Shown: positions 54,870 through 62,848 of the stretch, piece by piece
Position numbering within the stretch: the first letter of the stretch is position 1
Layout of the letters: each line of letters opens with the position of its first letter
Assembly (NCBI GenBank): GCA_903835385.1
Contig: CAILMQ010000046.1
Span: 4,861 to 68,860 of the forward strand
From: an uncultured Candidatus Micrarchaeota archaeon
Lineage (GTDB): Archaea; Micrarchaeota; Micrarchaeia; Anstonellales; Bilamarchaeaceae
Length of the DNA stretch: 64,000 nt
Direction: 5' to 3'
Made by a program: the position numbers and the translations under genes
Notes under the pieces: generated by a model
The model's database searches: none
Told to the model about the DNA's origin: nothing
The model's input: the letters and a program-made list of their open reading frames with translations, nothing else

Positions 54870-55171
54870 TGGAGCAGAGCGTCGTGGAATGCGACGGTCG
54901 GAAATACAGCGCTCTCAGGCAGACACTCGGCAACCTCCCGCTCATCGTTGTGAAAGCAAAGAAAGGCTATGTCGCCTGCTCATACATTGACAAGGAGACC
55001 GCGGAAAAGGTCGGGGACGTGGCCGCCTTCGTGTCCGGCGTGAAGTGCATGGACGACTTCCTGAAGGCGAAGATAAGGACCACCACCACCTGGGCCGAGG
55101 ACCTTGGCATCCGCGAAGGGATGTCCGTGAAGAAGGCGCTTGAGATAATGGACATAGCCGCGGGCGAATAG
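54869..55171 (+). CDS. DUF1805 (YunC-like) protein
   Basis: LPLIVVKAKKGYVACSYI...AEKVGDVAAFVSGV... TGATG overlap with the S26e stop. Confidence 0.7.
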   Translation: MEQSVVECDGRKYSALRQTLGNLPLIVVKAKKGYVACSYIDKETAEKVGDVAAFVSGVKCMDDFLKAKIRTTTTWAEDLGIREGMSVKKALEIMDIAAGE

Positions 55172-55332
55172 CGGCCTGTCTTGCTTTTTTTTATAAAATT
55201 TCAAAGGCCCCACCCCTAATGCTTAATAAAAAAACGCTAATCGAAACTCGCGAAAGGACTCGGTCCGCTCGAACGACACGGCATGCTCGGGCGCTGCCGC
55301 TCGCGTTGTTTTTTTTGTTTCGTGCCTTGTTT

Positions 55333-55917
55333 TTATTTCATTTTTCGCGATTTCGTGGTTTCGAACAATGCGAACCCCAAAATGAGCGGCAGCGCCAGCG
55401 CGAGGCTGCATATGTTGTTCTGGCTCCCGTAATACTGCTGCATGCTTACGGCCGACAGCTTCTGCACCTCGTTCACGCAGGTGTCCTTCGTGACCTGGGC
55501 CCCGGTGAGCGAGTGGCTGTAGGGGTTGCTGTCCACTATGTTGCTGCAGACGTTGAGCGCGAACTGCTCCCCGTCGTTGTCCGTGCTGTTCTGCCTGGCG
55601 ATTATCTTCGCGATGTCGAAGTAGCAGAGGTTGCGCTCGGTCTCGGCCTGGACGCCGAGGTCGTCATTCTTGTGGTTGCTGCCGATTTCCCCCACGATGT
55701 CGGTGCATGTGCCAAGCGCGGTGTCATCGTCCTCCATGTAGGCCGCGGTGATCGCCGCCAGGTGGTAGCAGGAAATCTTCTCCGAGTCCCGCAGCGGCAG
55801 CTTCGGCGGCTGGGGGCTGTCGCAGTCCCCCTTGGTGGTGAGGCCGAGCCTTGTGTTGCTGGACGTGCAGCCGAAAAGCAGCAGAATGGTTAGCCCGAGC
55901 GCGAACAGACCCCTCAC
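55333..55917 (-). CDS. Cys-rich surface protein with N-terminal lipobox and C-terminal TM anchor
   Basis: Lipobox LLFGC. C-terminal LALALPLILGFALFE followed by a basic tail, TTKSRKMK. GTG start with an AGGTGGG SD, 15 nt after the tbp stop. Confidence 0.55.
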   Translation of the reverse strand: MRGLFALGLTILLLFGCTSSNTRLGLTTKGDCDSPQPPKLPLRDSEKISCYHLAAITAAYMEDDDTALGTCTDIVGEIGSNHKNDDLGVQAETERNLCYFDIAKIIARQNSTDNDGEQFALNVCSNIVDSNPYSHSLTGAQVTKDTCVNEVQKLSAVSMQQYYGSQNNICSLALALPLILGFALFETTKSRKMK

Positions 55918-55932
55918 ATGCCCACCTGGGGA

Positions 55933-56502
55933 TTATCTCTTCTTCTCGCTGTATTTCCCAAGAAGGGCCTTGGCCTTGCGGAGCACGGTGCGTATGTCGG
56001 CCTCGTTCTTGGCTCCGGCGCATATGACCTTCCCGTTCTTGAAAAGGAGCAATGACGCCTTGGGTTCCTTGAATTTAAGTATCGCACCGGGGAACTGCTC
56101 CGGCTCGTATTCCACGTCCTTGACCTTGTAGGCTATCTTGTAGAGGTCGAGGTCCATGCCTAGCGCGGCAGAGGCGACGATGTTGGTTATCTCTATCTTG
56201 GGCTTCTTGGTCTTGGTTATCCTCTTGGCGTAGGGCGTGAGCAGCTTTATGGTCTTTTCTATGGTCCTCTCTATGAGAATGCGCTTCTTGCAGCCGACGC
56301 ACACGACCTTGCCGTTCTTGAAAAGGAGCAGCGATGCCTTCGGATCCTTGAATTTCAGTATCGCCCCTGGGAACTGCTCTGGCTCGTACTCTATTTCCTT
56401 TATCTTCTGCGCAAGCGAATAGAGGTCGAGCTCAAGGCCCAGCGACGCAGAAGCCACCATATTCGTGACTACGAATTCCGGTTTCTTAGACAAAAAGACC
56501 AC
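55933..56502 (-). CDS. tbp: TATA-box binding protein
   Basis: Two direct repeats (NMVASASLGLELDLYSLA...FPGAILKFKDPKASLLLFKNGKVVCVG and NIVASAALGMDLDLYKIA...FPGAILKFKEPKASLLLFKNGKVICAG). Confidence 0.95.
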   Translation of the reverse strand: MVFLSKKPEFVVTNMVASASLGLELDLYSLAQKIKEIEYEPEQFPGAILKFKDPKASLLLFKNGKVVCVGCKKRILIERTIEKTIKLLTPYAKRITKTKKPKIEITNIVASAALGMDLDLYKIAYKVKDVEYEPEQFPGAILKFKEPKASLLLFKNGKVICAGAKNEADIRTVLRKAKALLGKYSEKKR

Positions 56503-56510
56503 CTTACCTA

Positions 56511-56573
56511 TTTTTAAATGGAAGGAATCGTTTTTAAAGGAACCTTTTTAAAGGGTCGGCTCTCTTTTTAAAA
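56511..56573. promoter_or_regulatory. Four TTTTTAAA boxes in the tbp / L21e divergent intergenic region
   Basis: Copies at 56511-18, 56531-38, 56545-52 and 56565-73, each in the context TTTTTAAA(T/G/A)G. Spacings are 20, 14 and 20 nt. Confidence 0.6.
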
Positions 56574-56671
56574 CATTCCGTCATGATAATGGATAGTGCA
56601 GGGCACGTGCGCAGGAGCCAAAGGCTTCCATGGGCATCCGTTGCCATAACACAGACGACAGGGTGGGACAA

Positions 56672-56947
56672 ATGGTCAAAAACTCCAAAGGAACATTAAG
56701 CGGCAATACCAGGAAGCTCAAGGGCAGGATGAACCTGACGGTCTGCGACCAGGTCAAGACGTTCCAGGTCGGCGCCAAGGTGGTCATCCGCCAGAGGGCG
56801 GCGCCCGCGGGCCAGCCGCACATGAGGTACAAGGGCAGGCACGGCACCATCGTGGAGAAGAGGGGCGGCTGCTACGTGATAAAGATAAGGGACGGCGGCA
56901 TGGAAAAAAAGCTCATCGCGAGCCCCATACATCTCATAGCCGCATAG
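56672..56947 (+). CDS. rpl21e: Ribosomal protein L21e
   Basis: MVKNSKGTLSGNTRKL...GQPHMRYKGRHGTIV... Start moved to Met15, which has an AGGGTGGG SD. Confidence 0.9.
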   Translation: MVKNSKGTLSGNTRKLKGRMNLTVCDQVKTFQVGAKVVIRQRAAPAGQPHMRYKGRHGTIVEKRGGCYVIKIRDGGMEKKLIASPIHLIAA

Positions 56948-56958
56948 GGTGTTGCAAC

Positions 56959-57279
56959 ATGAAGATCGTGAAAACAAGGCCGGCTTCAATCGCCGAGGTC
57001 AAGGAACTGCTCGAAGAGCGGAAAAAGGACAGAGAGCTCGAATACGAGCAGGCACAGGCGGCCGAGCATGCGGAGAAGTTCTCCCGCTGGACGCCATCCG
57101 AGGCCGAGAAGACGGCCGACGGGCTGGTCAAGAAGGGAACCGTGGACAGGGAGACCGCGGTGAAGCTCGTGGATGTCAGCCCGAAATACCCTGAAACGCT
57201 CAAGGCCATAATCGCCAAGAACAAGATTGAGATGAAAGAGGAGGATGCGACGGAAGTCCTCAAGCTGCTGCAGAAATGA
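56959..57279 (+). CDS. rpoF: RNA polymerase subunit Rpo4 (F)
   Basis: Sequence and size typical of the family. Conserved position between L21e and DUF655. Confidence 0.8.
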   Translation: MKIVKTRPASIAEVKELLEERKKDRELEYEQAQAAEHAEKFSRWTPSEAEKTADGLVKKGTVDRETAVKLVDVSPKYPETLKAIIAKNKIEMKEEDATEVLKLLQK

Positions 57280-57280
57280 G

Positions 57281-57856
57281 ATGTTTGCCATGGAAGACTT
57301 TGCCTGGGTCGTAGAGTACCTGCCACTTGGCCATGCGGCCGCCATAAAGCGCGAGCCCATGGTCCAGCTGCTTGGCACCAGGTTTTTCACCCTGCTCGAG
57401 GCCTCGGTAAAGCCAGAGGCGACCATAGTGATAGGCCAGCGGGTGTGCGTGGGCAAGGAAGGCAGGCTGGAAGTGGAGCACATAAAGGGCAGGATAAAAT
57501 ACGAGGAGCTCACCAACGGCGCGAGGGAATTCATGCCGAACATAGTGAAGAAGGCGATTACGGAGAGGGAGAAGGAGTTCGTGGACTTCCTCAACAGGGC
57601 GAAACCCATATCCATAAGGGTGCACACCCTGGACTTGCTGCCCGGCATAGGCAAGAAGACCATGGAGGCCCTGCTTAGCGAGCGGGAGAAGACGCCGTTC
57701 GAGAGCTTCGCTGACCTCCACAAGCGTGTGCCGAGCCTGTCGGACCCGGTCGCGGTGCTCAGCCACAGGGTACTGAGCGAGCTGGAGGGCCACGAGAAAT
57801 ACTACTTGTTCACCAAGCCGCCGGCGGAACTGCTGGAAAGAAGGTACGGGAGATAG
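57281..57856 (+). CDS. DUF655 protein (HhH-containing, conserved partner of L21e-Rpo4)
   Basis: MEDFAWVVEYLPLGH...HTLDLLPGIGKKTMEALL... Start is 2 nt after the rpoF stop. Confidence 0.8.
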   Translation: MFAMEDFAWVVEYLPLGHAAAIKREPMVQLLGTRFFTLLEASVKPEATIVIGQRVCVGKEGRLEVEHIKGRIKYEELTNGAREFMPNIVKKAITEREKEFVDFLNRAKPISIRVHTLDLLPGIGKKTMEALLSEREKTPFESFADLHKRVPSLSDPVAVLSHRVLSELEGHEKYYLFTKPPAELLERRYGR

Positions 57857-57966
57857 CTGGATTTCTTCTTTATTCTCATTAGTCCGGTAATTCATCGTTT
57901 TCTTTCTGTTCTCTTATCATTCATCGTCTCCTATTTGACTGGTGCTCTGAAAGTCGTCCGGTGTTT
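57857..57966 (+). repeat. Dispersed 3'-flank element, copy 3 (long form, immediately after the DUF655 stop)
   Basis: CTGGATTTCTTCTTTATTCTCATTAGTCCGGTAATTCATCGTTTTCTTTCTGTTCTC..., matching the reverse complement of copies 1, 2 and 4. Confidence 0.65.
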
Positions 57967-58088
57967 GGCTTGTGCATTTTTCCGTAGCGGACGCGAACCG
58001 GAAGGAAAAGCCCCGAAAAAAGCAACATATTTAAACCCCTACTTCGTAATATTTATAAAACTTATTATGCGATTTGGGAGGTTTTGAC

Positions 58089-59015
58089 ATGGCAACACAA
58101 GCAGCTACGACTGTATCCAAATGCCCCGAGTGCAAGGGGAGCAGGCTGATTCGGGACTACGAGAAGGGGGAAGTCCTCTGCGCCCAGTGCGGGCTCATCA
58201 TCGCGGAGAACATCCAGGACCTGGGCCCCGAGTGGCGCGCCTTCGACGCCGAGCAGAAGGGCAAGAGGGCCAGGGGCGGCGCTCCGATAAAGTACATGAG
58301 GCCGAACAAGGGCCTTGTCACGGAGATAGACCAGTACAACAGGGACATTCGGGGCGGAAAGATATCGCCCAGGAAGCAGGCCCAGCTTTATCGGATGAGG
58401 AAATGGCACAAGCGGGTGTCCATCGCCACGTCCATGGAGAGGAACCTGGTCATCGCACTCGCAGAGCTGGACCGCGTGGCCTCGTCCCTCGGACTTCCGG
58501 AGAATATCAAGGAGTCGGCCGCGCTCCTTTATCGGAGGGCTGTGAAGGAGGAGCTCATCCGTGGAAGGCTTATTGAATCCGTGGTCGCCGCGGTCATCTA
58601 CGCCATCTGCAGGATACAGGGCATACCCAGGACGCTGGACGAGATATCCAGGGCGTCGGGCATAGAGAAGAAGGAAATCGGCAGGGCCTATCGGTTCCTG
58701 AAAACCGAGCTGGACGTGGATGTCCCGCTCACGGACCCGGCGCAGTACGTGCCGAAGTTCGCCACGGCGCTCAGGCTTGGGGGCAAGGTGCAGGAGGAGG
58801 CCACCCGGCTCATAAAGAAGGCGCTCAAGAAGGGCCTGATTTCCGGAAGGGGGCCGACCGGAGTCGCCGCCGCGGCGCTCTACATCGCGAGCGCGATGTT
58901 CGGCGAGAAGAAGACCCAGAAGGAGGTCGCGGACGTCGCCGGAGTCACCGAGGTAACAATCAGGAACCGCTACCGCGAGCTCAAGAAGGAGCTCGGGCTC
59001 AAGGTCAACCTTTGA
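58089..59015 (+). CDS. tfb: Transcription factor B (TFIIB homologue)
   Basis: N-terminal Zn ribbon CPECKGS...CAQCG and two cyclin-fold repeats. GGGAGG SD lies 8 nt upstream, with TATA-like boxes at 58027-34 and 58052-60. Confidence 0.95.
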   Translation: MATQAATTVSKCPECKGSRLIRDYEKGEVLCAQCGLIIAENIQDLGPEWRAFDAEQKGKRARGGAPIKYMRPNKGLVTEIDQYNRDIRGGKISPRKQAQLYRMRKWHKRVSIATSMERNLVIALAELDRVASSLGLPENIKESAALLYRRAVKEELIRGRLIESVVAAVIYAICRIQGIPRTLDEISRASGIEKKEIGRAYRFLKTELDVDVPLTDPAQYVPKFATALRLGGKVQEEATRLIKKALKKGLISGRGPTGVAAAALYIASAMFGEKKTQKEVADVAGVTEVTIRNRYRELKKELGLKVNL

Positions 59016-59057
59016 CGCGTTCGACGCGTCAAAATTTGCCAACTTTTTGTTGGCAAA
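59012..59057 (+). terminator. Two consecutive perfect hairpins overlapping or following the tfb stop, then a T/C-rich tract
   Basis: TTGACGCG-ttcga-CGCGTCAA (59012-59032, includes TGA 59013-15) and TTTGCCAAC-ttttt-GTTGGCAAA (59035-59057). These are followed by AATTTTTTCTTTTCTTCCTTTC. Confidence 0.55.
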
Positions 59058-59126
59058 CCTCTGAATTTTTTCTTTTCTTCCTTTCTACTTCTCTTTATAT
59101 TCTCTTTCTGCCTTATTCCATGTTAC

Positions 59127-59183
59127 ATGATGACAGTTCGACAGGCCGAGGACTCAGTCCGATGAGGAAAACATCACATCTGA
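59127..59183 (+). ncRNA. Candidate C/D-box sRNA 1
   Basis: ATGATGA (C), 12 nt, CCGA (D'), GGACtcaGTCC, GATGAGG (C'), 12 nt, CTGA (D). Total 57 nt, lying in a 480-nt gene-free region. Confidence 0.5.
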
Positions 59184-59250
59184 ACCGTCCATCATTGCGC
59201 GCCAGGTTTCTCGGCGGGTTTATTTATCCCTTGCTTCCTAATGATGATCA

Positions 59251-59308
59251 ATGATGAGAATGCAATACCTCCGAGGGGCAACCCTGTGACGAAGATCTTG
59301 AGATCTGA
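59251..59308 (+). ncRNA. Candidate C/D-box sRNA 2
   Basis: ATGATGA (C), 13 nt, CCGA (D'), 11-nt loop, GTGACGA (C'), 12 nt, CTGA (D). Same architecture as candidate 1, 124 nt downstream. An extra ATGATGA sits at 59241. Confidence 0.5.
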
Positions 59309-59494
59309 ATCGTTTCACTCATCAGCTCTGCCAGCCGAGCTGGCGGTTGAGAGCTGACATCATTTTCTAAAGTAAATCTGCCGCGCAGCCGGACGGAACC
59401 CCAGGCGCATCGCTGCGAATCACAGCCGCGTATTCGGAAAGGGTTTTATATCTTTCCTCTAAAATCTACTCTTTATAACTCACATTAAACCGGG

Positions 59495-60772
59495 ATGAAG
59501 CGTATGCGGATGCAGAAAAATGTGCTCATACTGAATGGAGACGGCGTCGGGCCCGAATTGATGAGGGAGGGAAAGAAGACGCTACGCGCCATTGCCCAGA
59601 AGTATGGCCATAAATTTGAATTGACCTATCGCCCTTTCGGGGCCGACGCATATTTTAAAAATGGGAATTGCTATCCTGCGGAAACAAAACGGCTTGTTAC
59701 GAGCGGTGAGTTTGACGGGATACTCAAGGGCCCGGTCGGGCTGGACCAGGCCGGCTCGGCAAGATTAAGGGCCGCTGGAGTCAGGCTTGAGAACGAGACC
59801 ATAATCGCCATCAGGGGAGACCTTGACGCCTATTGCTGCTACAGGCCGGTCGTCCTGCCGAAGGGGCTGGCTTTCTTCTCGCCGCTGCGGCCCGAGATAA
59901 TCGGAGACGGGATAGACATCCTCATGCTTAGGGAACTTGTCGGAGGAATCTATTTCGGGCCGAAGGTGGAAGGCGTAACGGAAGATGGCGGAATTTTGGA
60001 TGTGTCCAGGGACGACTGCACCTACACCCGGGCGCAGATTGAAAGGTTCGCGCACGCATGCTTCAGGGAGGCCATGCGGCGGGGAGACAGATTGACGAAT
60101 GTCCATAAGAGCAACATAACCGCTACCGGAAGGCACTGGAGGGCCGTCTTTGCCGAGGTTGCCGGGCATTATCCCGCAGTGAGGATGGAGGAGTGCCTTG
60201 TTGATTCCTTTGCCATGTATCTTACCACGAAACCCGCATCGTTCAACGGCATCGTAGCATTTGAGAACATGCAGGGTGACATCGAAACCGACCAGGCCGG
60301 CGGGGTCATAGGAAGCCTGGGATTGATGCCTTCAGCCTGCATAAATCCGGAAACCGGAAAAGGCTATTACGAGCCCGCCCATGGTTCTGCGCCGGATATC
60401 GCGGGAATGGACATTGCAAACCCCTATTCCATGATAGGGAGCGTCGCATTCATGCTTGCCAACTGTTTCGGGATGGCCGAGGAGGCGAAGGACGTATGGG
60501 ACGCGCTCTCCAACGTGTTCGCCCGGGGGCATATGACCAGCGAACTGCTCAGAAAGCTGAGCACCGCGCAGAAGGAAGCGAGGACGAACGCTGCGTTCGT
60601 GGATTTGTCATATGCATTCAAAATGGCCAATCCCGCCTTAGGCCCGGATGAAGTAAGGGGGCTCATAGAACAATCCTATGCCAGAAGGGACATGGAACTG
60701 GAAGCAAGAGTCGTGTCCACATCGCAATTCGGGGACCTGGTTTCCAGGTACATACTCGACAAGGGGGACTGA
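59495..60772 (+). CDS. Isopropylmalate/isocitrate dehydrogenase-family enzyme (LeuB-like) with about 70-aa C-terminal extension
   Basis: Motifs LNGDGVGPE, RELVGGIYFG, NMQGDIETDQAGGVIGSLGLMPSA and HGSAPDIAG. Start could be Met4 or Met6 (59504 or 59510). Confidence 0.8.
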   Translation: MKRMRMQKNVLILNGDGVGPELMREGKKTLRAIAQKYGHKFELTYRPFGADAYFKNGNCYPAETKRLVTSGEFDGILKGPVGLDQAGSARLRAAGVRLENETIIAIRGDLDAYCCYRPVVLPKGLAFFSPLRPEIIGDGIDILMLRELVGGIYFGPKVEGVTEDGGILDVSRDDCTYTRAQIERFAHACFREAMRRGDRLTNVHKSNITATGRHWRAVFAEVAGHYPAVRMEECLVDSFAMYLTTKPASFNGIVAFENMQGDIETDQAGGVIGSLGLMPSACINPETGKGYYEPAHGSAPDIAGMDIANPYSMIGSVAFMLANCFGMAEEAKDVWDALSNVFARGHMTSELLRKLSTAQKEARTNAAFVDLSYAFKMANPALGPDEVRGLIEQSYARRDMELEARVVSTSQFGDLVSRYILDKGD

Positions 60773-60876
60773 GCGCCGGCAGGCAAAATAAACCGTGGGC
60801 ACCGGGCTGGAAACGCGCCGCGGAACCGCACTACTTATTAAATTTATCTTCGAATGGCTCTCAGAGGTGATATTTA

Positions 60877-61155
60877 ATGGACACGGTAAAGGTGGATGTC
60901 AAAAGCGCGGACCAGGCTTCGCGTGTCGAATTGTTCATAAGGTGGGTGTGGGCGGTCATCACGTACATCGTCATGATATTCCTCTCAATAATAACCTACG
61001 TCTGCTTCATACTCCAGTGGCTGCTCATCCTGGTCACAGGCAAGAGAAACGCGACCCTCACCAGCTGGCTGAAGAAATATCACACCTACATGACGCAGGT
61101 CATGGCATACCAGCTGCTGATTACCGACGAAAGGAGCCCGATAATACCGGAGTGA
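60877..61155 (+). CDS. DUF4389-like small membrane protein
   Basis: SRVELFIRWVWAVITYIVMIFL...ILQWLLILVTGKRN... pattern with two TM segments. Confidence 0.6.
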   Translation: MDTVKVDVKSADQASRVELFIRWVWAVITYIVMIFLSIITYVCFILQWLLILVTGKRNATLTSWLKKYHTYMTQVMAYQLLITDERSPIIPE

Positions 61156-61210
61156 ACCGCGCTTCCGCTTTTTTTTCCTTATTTTTAATGATTTTTCCCA
61201 GTGATGCCCC

Positions 61211-61567
61211 ATGGTAGAGCAAAGACTGTGCCCCAAGTGCGGCGCGGAGATGGACCTCAGCAACGTGTTCATCAGCGGCAAGGCCGACTGCCCCAGGTGC
61301 GGCTATCAGGGCCTGCCGACGGACCGGCCCCAGTTCGCCCAGAAAGCTAAGGAAATCCCGACAAAAGAAGTGCCGCAGGAAGCGATTGAACCGACCGAAA
61401 GCATTGACGTGCTTGACATGAGGAACCTGAGCGGCAAGCTGGCAATAGTGTCCGGGGGGGTTCTGGTGATATCCATCATATCGCCGGTGTTCAGGGGCTA
61501 TGCGCCGGTGGCTGCGCTGGGAATGCTTGTTTTTGGCGGAGCCTACTGGCTCACGGGAAGGAAATAA
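61211..61567 (+). CDS. Zinc-ribbon membrane protein
   Basis: CPKCG...CPRCG at the N-terminus, two C-terminal hydrophobic helices. Confidence 0.55.
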   Translation: MVEQRLCPKCGAEMDLSNVFISGKADCPRCGYQGLPTDRPQFAQKAKEIPTKEVPQEAIEPTESIDVLDMRNLSGKLAIVSGGVLVISIISPVFRGYAPVAALGMLVFGGAYWLTGRK

Positions 61568-61573
61568 AACTAA

Positions 61574-62758
61574 TCAGTCGTTCAGGAACGTTACTTTGGC
61601 GGTATCCCTGTCGTAGTGCATGAGCATTATCCGCTTGCCGTTCTCAGTCAGGTCGCGTATCAGCGGGTAGTTCTCCAGCAGATATCTCTTGACATTGTGA
61701 AGCGTTTTTGCGCAAACGTCCATGATGCCGAGTATGTGAGTGCCCTCACGCCCCCCGACTCCGGCCACATGGCCAAAATGGCCGTTGGCTGGGTCATAGC
61801 CGGCATACATCACAGAGCCCATGGCAGTGTTTGATATGCGCTCGGGCTCGGGACGCGATGCCGGGTCAAAGCTGCGGAAGTCGGCGCTCACGCAGAACAT
61901 CTCGTTGCCGAGCAGCGCGCCGCACCCTACGCGCGGGTCGTTAACGCGGCCAAAACGATAGGTGTCATAGAGCATGGTGAAGGCGGCGTACTGGGTGCTA
62001 AAATCCCTGCCCTCTGCCATGGCATACCTGGTCATTTTCCTGGCAGTCCTCTTCAAAAGATTGGCAGGGGCTGCGGCAGGCTGGAACCTGAGCCAGTCAA
62101 GGGGCTCGGGACTGGTCCAGTCGTAAAACGACGGATAGACGTAGACGTCTTCCCTGCCGGCGAACTTGAGCAGCCTTCTCGCATAGTAGGCTTGTACCTT
62201 CGCGTTTTCACGGTCGCGCTTGGCATGGTCTCCCATGGCCCGCACATAATACGGAATAGTGGTTAGTATAGCGAGAATGTTCTCGTTTATGTCCGGCTTC
62301 TCCTGGTTCACCAGGGAATGGGCCGCAGCGCATGCGCCGCAGGTGCGGTGGCCATTGACAATCGCGAGCCCGCCTTTGGCAAGCGTCTTGAACATGGCAC
62401 CGTTACGTATTACATTGCCGGCAGTCCTCGCATGGACCATCCGATATTTGAGCAGGAGCGGAAGGTCGATAGCCGCCACCCTGGCATCCGTACATTCCTT
62501 TACTGCAACTTCATAGCCGCTCGACGGGCGCGGATGCTGTAGCGGGCCGTGCTTGCGAACGTACTGGGCCACCTCGCGCACGATTGCGGCATTGCCCTGT
62601 GCGAGATATTCTCTGAGCGGCTCCACCTGGAACGGCTGTTGCCGTGCGATCTGCAGGAGGAACTTCTCGGGCAGGCCCCTTCTCAAGGGCGCAAAGCCGC
62701 TGCGGTCCAGCGCCATGTCGCTCCGTTTCAATACAATCTGCCTGTTCGGATTCTCCAT
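61574..62758 (-). CDS. Protein with a beta-carbonic-anhydrase-like motif set plus about 250 aa of orphan sequence
   Basis: CTDARV (CxDxR), RTAGNVI and IVNGHRTCGAC (HxxC), in beta-CA order and spacing. Confidence 0.5.
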   Translation of the reverse strand: MENPNRQIVLKRSDMALDRSGFAPLRRGLPEKFLLQIARQQPFQVEPLREYLAQGNAAIVREVAQYVRKHGPLQHPRPSSGYEVAVKECTDARVAAIDLPLLLKYRMVHARTAGNVIRNGAMFKTLAKGGLAIVNGHRTCGACAAAHSLVNQEKPDINENILAILTTIPYYVRAMGDHAKRDRENAKVQAYYARRLLKFAGREDVYVYPSFYDWTSPEPLDWLRFQPAAAPANLLKRTARKMTRYAMAEGRDFSTQYAAFTMLYDTYRFGRVNDPRVGCGALLGNEMFCVSADFRSFDPASRPEPERISNTAMGSVMYAGYDPANGHFGHVAGVGGREGTHILGIMDVCAKTLHNVKRYLLENYPLIRDLTENGKRIMLMHYDRDTAKVTFLND

Positions 62759-62848
62759 GCTCTCGCCTTCGGTATGTTTGGGAGTTTTGTTGTGTATGTA
62801 TATGTGCTCAAAAGAATATTAAAATGTGCGTATTTCAGCCCAAAATGC

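Noticed and set aside
59241-59247. Extra ATGATGA immediately upstream of C/D candidate 2, considered as the true C box
   Set aside because: Using it gives no D' box at the expected 12-nt distance. The second ATGATGA (59251) gives a layout that matches candidate 1.
59012-59254. 80-aa ORF in the tfb-downstream gap
   Set aside because: It starts inside the tfb terminator hairpin and is pyrimidine-tract encoded (F/L/S-rich). The region is better explained by the hairpins plus the C/D-box sRNA candidates.
62759-62848. Possible replication origin next to orc1/cdc6
   Set aside because: The gap is only 90 nt, at the 3' end of cdc6, with no ORB-like repeats or extended A/T-rich unwinding element. 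Any origin is more likely upstream of cdc6, beyond position 64000.
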